From contig JAWSVB010000016.1 in NCBI GenBank assembly GCA_033852135.1, positions 100,938-164,937 of the forward strand: a DNA stretch of 64,000 bases. The letters are read 5' to 3'. Below, piece after piece: positions 8,327 to 18,874 of the stretch; positions within the stretch are counted from its first letter, which is position 1, and each line of letters starts with the position of its first letter. This DNA is from Gammaproteobacteria bacterium. Lineage in GTDB: Bacteria > Pseudomonadota > Gammaproteobacteria > QZLD01. The position numbers were made by a program, and so were the translations under genes. The notes under the pieces were generated by a model. That model was given only the letters and a program-made list of their open reading frames with translations. It ran no database searches and had not been told where the DNA came from.

Positions 8327-9034
8327 ATGCAGTTCGCAAAAAAATTACACATTCCTAAGTTAAACAATGACTCTATCCGAGAGGAATTACGCGGGGTACT
8401 TCTTGAAAAATCATCTGTACTAATGCAGAACAATAAAAATTTAGCTGATGGATTGCTTGGATGCATCGGCGTAATGGTCGGAGCAGATGGAGAGCTGTGC
8501 AATATAATTGCCCGTCAAATTAGAAGAAACTTCCATAAATCATGGGCACAACTTTCTGCAGAAGAGTGGATGATGTTTGATGAATTACAGCCATCATCAT
8601 CTAAATATCTACGCGATATTATTAAGGTAAATTTAAAGCATAAATTTGCTAAGTTTTTTGTAGTTCAGGATAACTTTTATTCGCCTATTAAGAACAATTT
8701 TCTATGTCACGTAATAGATACTCTATGTGGCGCTGTAGGTAGTATAGAGACCAGATTTGGTGGTGATACTCCTTTGATTGAAACCATAAGTTGTATTAAA
8801 AATGGTGATATTCGTGAAGCGGTAAACCAGTTATTACTTGCGTACGATCTATATGGAGAGGTTTTAGAAACAGAGTGTTGCAAAGAGCAGCTTATTGATG
8901 AAATTGATTATCAAATCAAGGCAACAGATGAACTGCAGCAGCACGAATCAGTTTTCGCACAGGGAGCCTCAGTGCGATATAGGAAGACCTTGAAGGATCT
9001 TAGGTCAAGACTTGAAGTCTTGCAGGGAAATTAA
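8327..9034 (+). CDS. Hypothetical protein
   Basis: 235-aa ORF 21 bp after the previous gene; no motif recognised. Confidence 0.6.
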   Translation: MQFAKKLHIPKLNNDSIREELRGVLLEKSSVLMQNNKNLADGLLGCIGVMVGADGELCNIIARQIRRNFHKSWAQLSAEEWMMFDELQPSSSKYLRDIIKVNLKHKFAKFFVVQDNFYSPIKNNFLCHVIDTLCGAVGSIETRFGGDTPLIETISCIKNGDIREAVNQLLLAYDLYGEVLETECCKEQLIDEIDYQIKATDELQQHESVFAQGASVRYRKTLKDLRSRLEVLQGN

Positions 9035-9083
9035 CCCGACTTAGTTTCGCATAATATGTGAAATTCCAATCGGGGCTACATAA

Positions 9084-9125
9084 AACGGCCTGCCCTATCT
9101 CAAATTGAGGTTAGTGCAGGCCGTT
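9084..9125. terminator. Hairpin between convergent genes
   Basis: AACGGCCTGC...GCAGGCCGTT inverted repeat. Confidence 0.65.
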
Positions 9126-9151
9126 AATTATTTATAATAAAAAAATTACTT

Positions 9152-9799
9152 TTAAAACGTAAAATCAACTAGCCCATTGGTGAAGATATAGATTCCAAAT
9201 ACAATCAATATCGCACCACTTATACTGCTAACGACGACTGGATGCTTATTTATCACTTGAACCTTTTGCCGGAAGAACTGGGTTGAATACCCTGCTACCA
9301 AAATCGGAATTGAAAAACCAAGCGCATATATAGCCAGCAAAACTATCCCATAGTATAAGCTCCCCTCTGCTGCTACTTTTGCAAATACACTGGATAGTGT
9401 TGGTCCAACGCATGGAATCCAAATCAACCCTAAGGACAGCCCGAGAAAAAAACCAGAAAAGTATCCAGAGTTTTTAGTTTGTATATTGGATAAAAACCCC
9501 AGCTTTTTAAATGGGTTTACCCCAATAATCATTAGTAGGCCAAATACTGTAATTACAACACCTGAGGCTTGTTCTAAAAAAACAGTATTCCCCATCAAAA
9601 GATGGAAAAAAGCACTGCTAATCACACCCATGATGATAAAACTGATAGATAAACCGGCAACTATTAGGAGTGGACGGTGTTTACTATCTTCACCTGTTCC
9701 TGTCGCTATTATTGGCAGAACTGGCAGCACACATGGGGAGGCAACGCTTACCGTTCCGGCACCAAATGCAAACAGAAGATCGACTATTTGAACACCCAT
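9152..9799 (-). CDS. ccdA: CcdA/DsbD-family thiol-disulfide transporter
   Basis: SPCVLP and WIPCVGP motifs, about 6 TM segments. Confidence 0.9.
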   Translation of the reverse strand: MGVQIVDLLFAFGAGTVSVASPCVLPVLPIIATGTGEDSKHRPLLIVAGLSISFIIMGVISSAFFHLLMGNTVFLEQASGVVITVFGLLMIIGVNPFKKLGFLSNIQTKNSGYFSGFFLGLSLGLIWIPCVGPTLSSVFAKVAAEGSLYYGIVLLAIYALGFSIPILVAGYSTQFFRQKVQVINKHPVVVSSISGAILIVFGIYIFTNGLVDFTF

Positions 9800-9814
9800 T
9801 TTACTTAATACCCC

Positions 9815-10267
9815 TTACAAGGATTTAAGAGCAGTTAGGATCTCATCTTTGCTTCTTATACCTGGAGGGAATGATTTTGATATATCCCCATTTGCATCAA
9901 GAAGTATTAAAGATGGCAGTCTGCGCACACCATAGCGATTAAAGGTAAATCTACTCATGGCATCAGTGGTAGCTATATAGTTAACATCTGCCATACCTGA
10001 AATTGCAGGCATACTCTGTTTGATAATTTTATCTTGCTGCTGGCATGGGTACCCGTTTGGATTTAAGAAAAATAGCAGTGTACCTTTGTTTTGTTTAACT
10101 TCACTACTTGCTGCCTGCACAACTTTTTCATTTTCTTTTTTCAGCTGTATCTCTTTAGTTGCATCTGTTTTAGCTGCTTTTGCTGTTGAATTTACACCAT
10201 CTTGGGCAAATAGAGTCGTTGCTGTTGAGGCCATAAATAGTATGGCTATAATTTTTAAAGCTTTCAT
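9815..10267 (-). CDS. Exported thioredoxin-fold protein with a single Cys
   Basis: Signal peptide; LLFFLNPNGYPCQ (GxxC); YGVRRLPSLILLD cis-Pro loop. Confidence 0.7.
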   Translation of the reverse strand: MKALKIIAILFMASTATTLFAQDGVNSTAKAAKTDATKEIQLKKENEKVVQAASSEVKQNKGTLLFFLNPNGYPCQQQDKIIKQSMPAISGMADVNYIATTDAMSRFTFNRYGVRRLPSLILLDANGDISKSFPPGIRSKDEILTALKSL

Positions 10268-10425
10268 TAGTTTCCTTTTTTAGTTTTATCGAGATATTTT
10301 TATACAGATTACTTTGTGTAACAATATCACTTATTGCTTTTGATTTCTATAGTAGTTTGGTGGGTTAGTAGTTAAAGCCTCGATTATGAAAATATAAACC
10401 GTCAACTAAATACGTATACTTGGGG

Positions 10426-11262
10426 TTATAGATCTATTTCCATACCTGCAAAGCCTGGAGTTACTAGCGACCCAAGTTCTCTTTTTAGTCTGTTTACTAC
10501 ATCAATCCCGGTACAGTGGCATGGTATTATTTTTTTAACGTTATGTTTTCTGAATGACTCTATGGTGTGCTTTACCCTTTGATCTGAAGCAGCATTAAGA
10601 TGCAGTCCACCAATAACCATATGGATATTTTCATCAAAAAGTTGGCTGACATAATCAAGGGTGTTGATTATGCCGGAATGACAACAACCAGTTATTACAA
10701 CCATGCCTAAGCTTGTTTTAATACAAACAGATTGGTCATCAAGAATTAAGTCTTCTGCTGATTTGTTTGCATCAAGATAGAAAGGCCCACCAGTATCTTC
10801 AAACCGATTTACCCGAGGAATCTCACCTGTTGTATAGACATTAGCTGTTATCTCTAAGGGTTCTTTGGCTAGAAAAACCTGCTCTTTTGGTAGCTGCTCA
10901 AGTGCATCCTTTTGCTCACCATTTATAGATATATCCTTTGGCTCTTTTCCAGCATGGATACTATAGCGCTGTTTAGCAAAATCAGGATGAGCATAAACCG
11001 ATAGATAATCCGCACCATCTACAATATCTTTTACTGCTCCAGTATGGTCGTAATGGCCATGACTTAATACCAGTTTAGTTATCTGGTTTAGTGAGAGTCC
11101 AAGGCGAGATAAATTATCCAAAAATGCCTCACCTTGTCCACTGTCAAAGATAATGGTTTCATTACCTGTTGCAATTGATATAGCTAATCCATGCTCTGAT
11201 CTAAAACCATCTGCAGCTTCATTATCAACAACAATAGTTATCTTTAAACTATCTGTACCCAT
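10426..11262 (-). CDS. MBL-fold metallo-hydrolase (COG1237-like)
   Basis: EHGL, SHGHYDHTG, GCCHSG, GGLHL, PCHCTG. Confidence 0.9.
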   Translation of the reverse strand: MGTDSLKITIVVDNEAADGFRSEHGLAISIATGNETIIFDSGQGEAFLDNLSRLGLSLNQITKLVLSHGHYDHTGAVKDIVDGADYLSVYAHPDFAKQRYSIHAGKEPKDISINGEQKDALEQLPKEQVFLAKEPLEITANVYTTGEIPRVNRFEDTGGPFYLDANKSAEDLILDDQSVCIKTSLGMVVITGCCHSGIINTLDYVSQLFDENIHMVIGGLHLNAASDQRVKHTIESFRKHNVKKIIPCHCTGIDVVNRLKRELGSLVTPGFAGMEIDL

Positions 11263-11315
11263 TAATTATTAACCAATATCCTCAATAATATTAAGCAGCA
11301 AACTTGTAAGCCATA

Positions 11316-11654
11316 CTAATGGTCACAAGCATTGGCGCCAGATGTTAACGTTTCATCCATCAAAGATTTAACCAAATTTTCTGGTGTGTTAATTGGTGCA
11401 CCAACGATAACGTTGATATTTTTAGCCGAGAATAACTCCTGTGCTCTTTGCCCCATTCCACCTGCTATTATCGTATTAACATCTCTCTCTGCCAACCAGC
11501 GAGGAAGAAGCCCTGGTTCATGCGGTGGGGCATCTACCATCTGCTCGTTTATTATGAGTTTGTTATCTGTATCTACTTCAATTAATGCAAACTGCTTACA
11601 GTGTCCAAAGTGGATGCTCAACTGCCCTTCATGTACTGGTATTGCAACTTTCAT
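11316..11654 (-). CDS. NifB/NifX (ORP-like) protein
   Basis: HFGHC, IIAGGMGQRA, C-terminal NACDH. Confidence 0.88.
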   Translation of the reverse strand: MKVAIPVHEGQLSIHFGHCKQFALIEVDTDNKLIINEQMVDAPPHEPGLLPRWLAERDVNTIIAGGMGQRAQELFSAKNINVIVGAPINTPENLVKSLMDETLTSGANACDH

Positions 11655-11682
11655 GTTTATCTCCTATTTAAAAATCACGTAA

Positions 11683-12567
11683 TTAATTTATCCAGGTTGA
11701 AATATGGAACCAAATATCCTCAATCTCTTTACCGGCTTTACATTTTTTATATTCAATTATGCTTTTTCCTGCTATTTGCGCTTGAGTCATCTCATCTGTC
11801 GAGGAGATTTTGCCTACATATTTGGCATCTGATGCAAAGCATATTTTCTTTATTGTTGTGGTGTTATCTCGGTTTATATCGAAGCGATTAACTACAACAA
11901 AAGTCATGATTTTAAAGTGGTTTGTTAGTTCTAAAATTCTCTTTAAGTCATGTATCCCCGATACTGTTGGCTCAGTAATTACAACCACACAATCAGAGCC
12001 AGTAATAGAGGCTATTACTGGGCAGCCAATTCCCGGTGGTCCATCGACAAGGATAAGGTCAGCATTTATTTGTTGCGCTGCTTTCTTGGCCTCCGATCTA
12101 ACCAAAGTTACTAACCGGCCCGAGTTTTCGGCTGCTATTCCGAGCTTGGCATGTATCATTGGTCCATGCCTTGTTTTTGATGAATACCATTCTCCGCAGT
12201 TTCTGGGGTTAAATTTAACAGCATTGTTTGGGCACAGATATACACATACACCGCACCCTTCACATAATGCTGGGTCGATTGCTAATCCATCGTCAGTTGT
12301 TTTTATCGCATTGAATTTACAATGCTGTATGCACCTCTTATGCGAAACTAGGTTACAGCCATTACACTCGTAAGGAATTATCTTAGCTAAATTGCCACTT
12401 ATAAATGGGGTTGTGAGCTGTACTTCCGGCTGAGTAAGGATATGAAGATCTGATGCATCGACATCACAATCTGCAAGTACTGCATTGTTTGCAAGAGCTG
12501 CAAAAGATGCGGTTAAGCTGGTTTTACCAGTACCACCTTTGCCGCTTAATACTACGATCTCTTTCAT
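11683..12567 (-). CDS. MinD-like P-loop ATPase with a ferredoxin insert (COG1149, Orp3/4-like)
   Basis: SGKGGTGKT, DCDV, CxxC Fe-S motifs, DGPPGIGCP, TEPT. Confidence 0.9.
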   Translation of the reverse strand: MKEIVVLSGKGGTGKTSLTASFAALANNAVLADCDVDASDLHILTQPEVQLTTPFISGNLAKIIPYECNGCNLVSHKRCIQHCKFNAIKTTDDGLAIDPALCEGCGVCVYLCPNNAVKFNPRNCGEWYSSKTRHGPMIHAKLGIAAENSGRLVTLVRSEAKKAAQQINADLILVDGPPGIGCPVIASITGSDCVVVITEPTVSGIHDLKRILELTNHFKIMTFVVVNRFDINRDNTTTIKKICFASDAKYVGKISSTDEMTQAQIAGKSIIEYKKCKAGKEIEDIWFHISTWIN

Positions 12568-13424
12568 AGGTTATAACCATTCTGTGTACATATTTGCTGT
12601 AACACACCTTTTAGCCCAGTTTCGATCTCGGGAATTTGTGGCAAAATATTTTTACCGGTTGAGTACTCTTTGGCTATTTTTGCCACTTGGTTAATTTTGA
12701 ATAAAACTTCGATTCCCTCTTGTTCACAATACTCTACAACGCCGCTATCTCCGCTATCTGCTTTGTTTATTAGCACACCAAAAGGCAGTTCAACCGCTTT
12801 TAACGTAGCGATTGCAATTTTAAGATCGTGCAGGCCAAATGGTGTTGGTTCAGTTACTAAAATCACATAGTCTGCACCGTCTATTGCGGTAATCATTGGA
12901 CACGATGTTCCAGGAGGACAATCGATAATGTTTAGCTTAAAGGTATCAATCTTATTTTTAACCGCTCGAATTAATGGGGGAGCCATCGTTTGACCAACAT
13001 CCAGCTCCCCAGAAACTGTTAGTATTATTTTATAGCTATTGGATAAAACCACCCCGGTTTCTATCAACCCAATTTTTTCCTTTTTATATGATATTGCATC
13101 GTTAGGACATACAATCTGGCAGCCACCGCAGCTATGACACATCTCGTCCATAACCATAAGGTTTCCAGCCAAGTTGAGAATTGCATTAAATTGACAAAAC
13201 TCTTCACATTTACCGCAGTTATTACACTTTGTTAAATCAATTTGTGGCATATCTCTGGAGATAACACTATCCCCAACTTTTTCTGGATTAAGAAAAAGTG
13301 AGCCATTTGGTTCCTCTACGTCGCAATCAAGGTAAGTGGTATTACCTTCTGCTATTAAAGCAAGCGCTGTAGCGATAGTTGTTTTGCCTGTACCACCTTT
13401 TCCTGATGCTATTGCAATGTTCAA
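12564..13424 (-). CDS. MinD-like P-loop ATPase with a 2x[4Fe-4S] insert (COG1149, Orp3/4-like)
   Basis: SGKGGTGKT, DCDVEEPN, CNNCGKCEEFC, CHSCGGCQIVCP, DCPPGTSCP. Confidence 0.9.
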   Translation of the reverse strand: MNIAIASGKGGTGKTTIATALALIAEGNTTYLDCDVEEPNGSLFLNPEKVGDSVISRDMPQIDLTKCNNCGKCEEFCQFNAILNLAGNLMVMDEMCHSCGGCQIVCPNDAISYKKEKIGLIETGVVLSNSYKIILTVSGELDVGQTMAPPLIRAVKNKIDTFKLNIIDCPPGTSCPMITAIDGADYVILVTEPTPFGLHDLKIAIATLKAVELPFGVLINKADSGDSGVVEYCEQEGIEVLFKINQVAKIAKEYSTGKNILPQIPEIETGLKGVLQQICTQNGYNL

Positions 13425-13463
13425 TTTAAACTCCTGGCTAAATTTGTTCTGCGCTAATTGTTA

Positions 13464-13802
13464 CTACTCTTGCATCAGCTGTAGTTTTCCGGACTTATAT
13501 GCAGAGATAACATCTTTAACCGCTATCTCTTCGCTGTGTAAAACTTTAATCTTAGAGTCATTAAGAACCTTAAAAGCCTTTGGGCCGCAATGCCCAGATA
13601 TCAATACTTGTGCCCCGTTGTCTATTACGGTTTTAGCAGCCTGGATTCCTGCGCCCTGTGCAAGGTTCAAATTGATACTATTATCCACAGCGTGAAAAGC
13701 TTCTTGCTGCAGATCGTAAATGATAAATTTTTGCGCACGACCAAACCTTGGATCTAACTGTGAATCAAGATTTTCACCACATGAAGTTATTGCTATTAGC
13801 AT
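13464..13802 (-). CDS. NifB/NifX-family protein, Orange-protein-like
   Basis: DPRFGRA, QGAGIQAA, SGHCGPKAF; start at ATG 13802 with GGAG RBS. Confidence 0.88.
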   Translation of the reverse strand: MLIAITSCGENLDSQLDPRFGRAQKFIIYDLQQEAFHAVDNSINLNLAQGAGIQAAKTVIDNGAQVLISGHCGPKAFKVLNDSKIKVLHSEEIAVKDVISAYKSGKLQLMQE

Positions 13803-14233
13803 TTTGTTCTCCAATTTTTTATGCATCTATTTGTTTGATTGCCATCTTGTTGCTTGCTAGCTGATTTCTTAATACCTAAGCGATTACGCTTACGACAAAG
13901 CTTTGCTGGCATGAAAAAGCTTTCATCATCTTCTAATGAACCATTTAACCAAGCACAACTAACCTTACTTACATCGCCACAGATCGATGGCACTACGCGG
14001 ATGTTAAGCTCAGTTGCTAATATCAATGCTTGATTTGATATGGCTCCACAAATGATATGGGTAATTGCAAATTGCCTAATAATCCCAAACTTGGTATCGA
14101 GCGCATCTGCTGCAATATCTATCGACTCTGTCTTTGTATGACCGCCACTATACAACTCATATACACATGCAGTTTTTGCTACGTCGAAAACAGGTGAAAC
14201 TCTTGAGTTACATACTGGTATTAACATTTTCAT
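13796..14233 (-). CDS. NifB/NifX-family protein
   Basis: RVSPVFDVA, IICGAIS, basic tail. Confidence 0.8.
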   Translation of the reverse strand: MKMLIPVCNSRVSPVFDVAKTACVYELYSGGHTKTESIDIAADALDTKFGIIRQFAITHIICGAISNQALILATELNIRVVPSICGDVSKVSCAWLNGSLEDDESFFMPAKLCRKRNRLGIKKSASKQQDGNQTNRCIKNWRTKC

Positions 14234-14256
14234 AATCTATTCCTTACCAAATAGAT

Positions 14257-14272
14257 AACAACATCCATGCCA
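14257..14272 (-). promoter_or_regulatory. Sigma54 -24/-12 promoter of the orp-like operon
   Basis: TGGCATGGATGTTGTT versus consensus TGGCAC-N5-TTGCW, 24 bp upstream of the first gene. Confidence 0.65.
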
Positions 14273-14369
14273 CGTTTTTATGCAGCAGAAAAATCACTAT
14301 ATATATCTGATTATTGAGAATATTTTATATTTATAATTAACAAGCAAGATATTAGCTGGCGGTCATTGA

Positions 14370-14418
14370 TTGCATAACTGCAACCATTAATTGCAATCAT
14401 TTGATGCAATGCTGCAAT
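14370..14418. promoter_or_regulatory. Putative upstream activator sites
   Basis: Two TGCA-N4-TGCA palindromes (TTGCATAACTGCAA, ATGCAATGCTGCAAT) about 100-145 bp upstream of the -24 box, across an AT-rich spacer. Confidence 0.6.
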
Positions 14419-14492
14419 GGATAGTTGATTGAAAAAATTTTATGGGAATGGGAAAAGTAGAAGCGTGAAAGCATAAGGTAAATAGAAATAAA

Positions 14493-15857
14493 CTAAGGGG
14501 CAATACCGTATTTAATCATCTTTCTATAAAGGGTTGTTTTATGTATCCCCAGGCTTTTAGCTGTTTTTATACGGCTATAGTTATTAGCTTGTAGAGCTTG
14601 AACAATCACTGCTCTTTCATTTAATTCGACAGTGGATTTAATACTGGAGTTTTGCGCAACGTCATCGTTTGATTTTTGCTTATCTACAGATGCAAGCAAA
14701 GCAGCAGGAAGCTGAGCTTTAGTCAATTCATGCGTAGTAGACAGCACGATTGCGCGCTCGATTATGTTTTCCAGCTCTCTGATATTTCCCTGCCAGTCAT
14801 AATCGAGCAAAATTGAATACACTTCAGGAGATATGGTTTTGATTTTCTTATTTTGAAGTCGATTATATTTTTTTAGAAAGTGGTCGATAAGGTACGGAAT
14901 ATCCTCTTTTCTATCGCGTAACGGCGGCACTTCAAGGGAGATTACGTTAATTCTATAAAACAGATCTTGCCTGAATTGCCCATTAGCAACCATAGCACCA
15001 AGATCTCGGTGAGTTGCAGCAATAATCCGTGCCTTTGATTTTTCTGTCTTCGTTGAGCCCAGCGGTTCATAGGTCCCCTCTTGTAAAACCCTTAATAGTC
15101 TTACCTGCATAGCAGGGCTAATCTCACCTATCTCATCTAGAAACAAAGTCCCTTTACCAGCCAGTGAGAACCTACCTGACTTATTGCTATAAGCACCTGT
15201 AAAAGCACCTTTTTTATACCCAAAAAGTTCAGATTCAAGTAAGGTATCTGGCAAAGCTCCACAGTTGATTGCCATAAAAGGCTCAGATGAATTAAGGCTA
15301 TTTTCATGGATAGATCTAGCTAATAGCTCTTTTCCTGTACCGGTTTCGCCTGTAATTAAAACCGTACTTGGGCTTACTGAAACCGCCTTTGCAGTATCAA
15401 TTAAACCAGACATTATTGGGCTATGAGTTATAAAACGACCAAAGCTGTAGGAGTCTTTTAGCTCTGACTTTAAGCTTTCAACCTCGCTAAGATCCCTAAA
15501 GGTCTCTGCCCCGCCGATTATATCACCATCACTATTGCGCAAAACTGCGGTTGAAAGACTGATTGGCACTTTATTGCCCGCTGAATTAATTATGTATCCT
15601 GTTTTATCAATAATTGGCTTTTTTGATTTGAAGGTTTTTTGTAAGGCGCAGGATGATTCACACATGTCCGAGCAGAAGACTTCAGAACAAAGCCTGCCGA
15701 TTGCATGATCTTTAGGTATCCCAGTGATGGCAACGGCTGCACGATTAAAAGAGGTAATTCTCCACTCTTCATCAACTGTAAAAACACCCTCAGAGATACT
15801 CTCCAGAATCGCTCCGGTAAATGTATCCAGATCATGTGCTAAATCGAAATTTTTCAA
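14493..15857 (-). CDS. PAS-domain sigma54-dependent activator (OrpR-like)
   Basis: PAS with CSEVFCSDMCESSC, GETGTGKE, GAFTGA, Fis-type HTH. Confidence 0.92.
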   Translation of the reverse strand: MKNFDLAHDLDTFTGAILESISEGVFTVDEEWRITSFNRAAVAITGIPKDHAIGRLCSEVFCSDMCESSCALQKTFKSKKPIIDKTGYIINSAGNKVPISLSTAVLRNSDGDIIGGAETFRDLSEVESLKSELKDSYSFGRFITHSPIMSGLIDTAKAVSVSPSTVLITGETGTGKELLARSIHENSLNSSEPFMAINCGALPDTLLESELFGYKKGAFTGAYSNKSGRFSLAGKGTLFLDEIGEISPAMQVRLLRVLQEGTYEPLGSTKTEKSKARIIAATHRDLGAMVANGQFRQDLFYRINVISLEVPPLRDRKEDIPYLIDHFLKKYNRLQNKKIKTISPEVYSILLDYDWQGNIRELENIIERAIVLSTTHELTKAQLPAALLASVDKQKSNDDVAQNSSIKSTVELNERAVIVQALQANNYSRIKTAKSLGIHKTTLYRKMIKYGIAP

Positions 15858-15962
15858 GACAATGCCTTAAATTGAAATAATATCACATATCATTTAATGA
15901 TAATTAGCCTGCATTTACAAGCTTCAACTATTATATTCATGTCGCTACATAATCCAGGCATT

Positions 15963-15989
15963 AAAAAAGGCGGTTCGAAAACCGCCTTT
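15963..15989 (-). terminator. Intrinsic terminator after ppsA
   Basis: AAAGGCGGTT/AACCGCCTTT stem with a T-tract on the minus strand. Confidence 0.8.
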
Positions 15990-16011
15990 AAGCTTACTGA
16001 CAAAGCTACTT

Positions 16012-16095
16012 CGTCATTCCGTACAGCGCGTAGCGCGTGATACGGAATCCATAGGGTATTGATTTTTCTGGATACCGGCCTTCGCCGGTATGACG
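16012..16095. repeat. Inverted REP doublet (REPIN/BIME-like)
   Basis: CGTCATTCCGTA...TACGGAATCCA facing TGGATACCGGC..GCCGGTATGACG. Confidence 0.8.
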
Positions 16096-16114
16096 ATGTT
16101 TTGCTTTTTTATTC

Positions 16115-16168
16115 AGCTTCTTGATTTGCCTAAGCTTCTTGATTTGCCTAAGCTTCTTGATTCGCCAA
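16115..16168. repeat. 3 x 18-bp tandem repeat spanning the ppsA stop
   Basis: AGCTTCTTGATTTGCCTA twice plus AGCTTCTTGATTCGCCAA. Confidence 0.9.
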
Positions 16169-18529
16169 GTACAACCATGTCTCAACAACAGTATCAGGAT
16201 TTAGAGATACACTTTCGATCCCCTCTTCCATTAACCATTTAGCAAGATCTGGATGATCTGAAGGTCCTTGACCACAGATACCAACATACTTGCCAGCTTT
16301 ACGACATGCTTGGATAGCCATGTGAAGTAGCTTTTTAACAGCTGGGTTTCTTTCATCAAATAGATGAGCAATTAGACCTGAATCACGATCTAGACCTAGT
16401 GTCAGCTGAGTCAAATCGTTTGAGCCAATGGAGAAACCATCAAAGTACTCTAGGAACTCGTCAGCTAAGATAGCGTTTGATGGTATTTCACACATCATCA
16501 TAACTTTAAGGCCATCTTTGCCACGCTCTAAACCGTTCTCTTTAAGCAGTTCGATAACTTGCTGAGCTTCTTCAAGAGTTCTAACGAATGGAGCCATAAT
16601 CCAAACATTCTTAAGGCCCATCTCTTCACGTGCTTTACGTACTGCTTTACACTCAAGCTCAAAACAAGCACGGAAGCTGTCTGAGATATAACGTGAAGCA
16701 CCACGGAAACCAAGCATTGGGTTATCTTCTTCCGGCTCGTATGTATCACCACCAATTAGGTTTGCATATTCGTTTGACTTAAAGTCAGACATACGCACGA
16801 TAATTGGCTTTGGTGAAAACGCAGCTGCTAGAGTTGATATACCTTCAGTTAGCTTTTCAACATAGAAAGAAACTGGGTCAGCGTATCCAGCTATTTGCTG
16901 GTCGATAATCGCTTTTGTTTCAGCAGGTTGAGTATCATAGTTAAGAAGGGCTCTTGGGTGAACACCAATCATCTTAGCGATGATAAACTCTAGTCTTGCA
17001 AGACCAACACCTTCATTTGGAAGTCTTTGGAAATCAAATGCTCTTTCTGGATTACCAACATTCATCATAACTTTGAATGGGATTTCAGGCATTGACTCAA
17101 GGCTGATTTGATTTAGTTCAAACTCAATTAAGCCGTTATAGATATAACCTGTATCACCTTCAGCACAGGATACTGTTACGTCGATTCCATCTTCAATCTT
17201 AGTAGTAGCATCACCACAACCAACAACAGCAGGAATACCAAGCTCACGCGCAATAATAGCTGCATGGCATGTTCTTCCACCACGGTTAGTAACGATAGCA
17301 GATGCTTTTTTCATAACTGGCTCCCAATCTGGGTCAGTCATGTCTGTTACTAGAACGTCACCAGCTTGAACCTTAGACATCTCAGAGATATCACTTACGA
17401 TTCTTACTTTACCAGCACCGATTCTTTGACCAATACTTCTACCAGTAACTATCGCTTCGCCACCACTCTGCTTAAGGATGTAACGCTCGATAACCTGGCC
17501 TGTTCTGCTTTGAACAGTCTCTGGACGCGCTTGTAGAATATATAGTTTGCCGTCATTACCATCTTTACCCCACTCAATATCCATTGGGCGGCCGTAATGC
17601 TTCTCGATAATAACTGCTTGCTTAGCTAGCTCAGTAACTTCTGCATCTGTAAGTGAGAACACGTTGCTCTCAGCAGGATCTACATCAACGGTATCAACTG
17701 ACTTACCGTGCTCTTTTGAAGCGCTGTAAACCATCTTGATAGCCTTGCTACCGATGTTTCTTTGTAGAATTGCATGGTTACCAGCTGCTAAAGTTGGCTT
17801 ATGTACATAAAACTCATCTGGGTTTACTGAACCCTGTACAACTGTTTCACCAAGTCCGTATGAAGATGTAATGAATACAACTTGGTCGAAACCAGACTCA
17901 GTATCGATGGTGAACATAACACCAGCAGCGCCGATATCACTACGTACCATTCTTTGTACGCCAGCTGATAGAGCAACTTGGCTGTGTTCGAAGCCTTGGT
18001 GTACACGATATGAGATAGCTCTATCGTTATATAGGGATGCAAATACATGTTTCATCGCGACAAATACATTGTCGATGCCACGTATATTAAGGAATGTTTC
18101 TTGCTGGCCAGCAAATGATGCGTCAGGAAGGTCTTCTGCTGTTGCTGAAGATCTAACTGCAACTGCTAAATCGCCACCTGCATCTTTTTCCATCTTTTCA
18201 AATGCAGATCTGATATCCGCTTCGAAGTCTGGGGTAAAAGGTGTGTCGATAACTAGTTGTCTGATTTCTGCGCCAGCTTCAGCAAGTGCTGTAACATCGT
18301 CAGTATCGAGATTTTCCAGTCTTTGGTTTATCTTTTCACGTAAACCACTTTGATCCAAAAATTTCCAAAAGGCATCAGCTGTTGTAGCAAAGCCTCCAGG
18401 GACTTGAACCCCTGCCTTGGATAGATGGCTAATCATCTCACCAAGTGACGCGTTCTTTCCTCCAACGCGTTCAACATCATCCATCCCTAAATTTTCAAAC
18501 CAAATTACATTGTCTAGCATAACTTGCAT
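16148..18529 (-). CDS. ppsA: Phosphoenolpyruvate synthase
   Basis: [29 protein letters not shown] (phospho-His), [13 protein letters not shown]. Confidence 0.98.
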   Translation of the reverse strand: MQVMLDNVIWFENLGMDDVERVGGKNASLGEMISHLSKAGVQVPGGFATTADAFWKFLDQSGLREKINQRLENLDTDDVTALAEAGAEIRQLVIDTPFTPDFEADIRSAFEKMEKDAGGDLAVAVRSSATAEDLPDASFAGQQETFLNIRGIDNVFVAMKHVFASLYNDRAISYRVHQGFEHSQVALSAGVQRMVRSDIGAAGVMFTIDTESGFDQVVFITSSYGLGETVVQGSVNPDEFYVHKPTLAAGNHAILQRNIGSKAIKMVYSASKEHGKSVDTVDVDPAESNVFSLTDAEVTELAKQAVIIEKHYGRPMDIEWGKDGNDGKLYILQARPETVQSRTGQVIERYILKQSGGEAIVTGRSIGQRIGAGKVRIVSDISEMSKVQAGDVLVTDMTDPDWEPVMKKASAIVTNRGGRTCHAAIIARELGIPAVVGCGDATTKIEDGIDVTVSCAEGDTGYIYNGLIEFELNQISLESMPEIPFKVMMNVGNPERAFDFQRLPNEGVGLARLEFIIAKMIGVHPRALLNYDTQPAETKAIIDQQIAGYADPVSFYVEKLTEGISTLAAAFSPKPIIVRMSDFKSNEYANLIGGDTYEPEEDNPMLGFRGASRYISDSFRACFELECKAVRKAREEMGLKNVWIMAPFVRTLEEAQQVIELLKENGLERGKDGLKVMMMCEIPSNAILADEFLEYFDGFSIGSNDLTQLTLGLDRDSGLIAHLFDERNPAVKKLLHMAIQACRKAGKYVGICGQGPSDHPDLAKWLMEEGIESVSLNPDTVVETWLYLANQEA

Positions 18530-18874
18530 CCTCGTAACATTAATCGGAGCTCAAGAAAAGGAATGCGAATAATACACTAAATCATTTTTTAATGCTCGTT
18601 TCATAGCCAATATTGATACAAAATGTAATGTCAGCCCATACACAAGGCCATTCTAGTAGAATTTATTTATCTCAAAATACACTAGATTTCAGATGGTTAT
18701 ATGAGGGTGGTTTTGTATTGATAAATTCAACTGGTGTGCATAACATACATAATACCAGACTATTTTAGTGCGATATAAACTCCACTATTTGATACCTTGT
18801 AAGTGAGAAAAATGATTAATGAACAGTTTTGTGTTAAAAATAAACTGCTTTTTATATAGATAATGGATTGGTAA

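Noticed and set aside
11316-14233. NifB/NifX genes as evidence of nitrogen fixation
   Set aside because: No nifHDK/nifEN here; the context matches orp/COG1149 clusters
16006-16188. 60-aa ORF in the track
   Set aside because: Made of the 18-bp tandem repeat and REP sequence, overlapping ppsA in another frame
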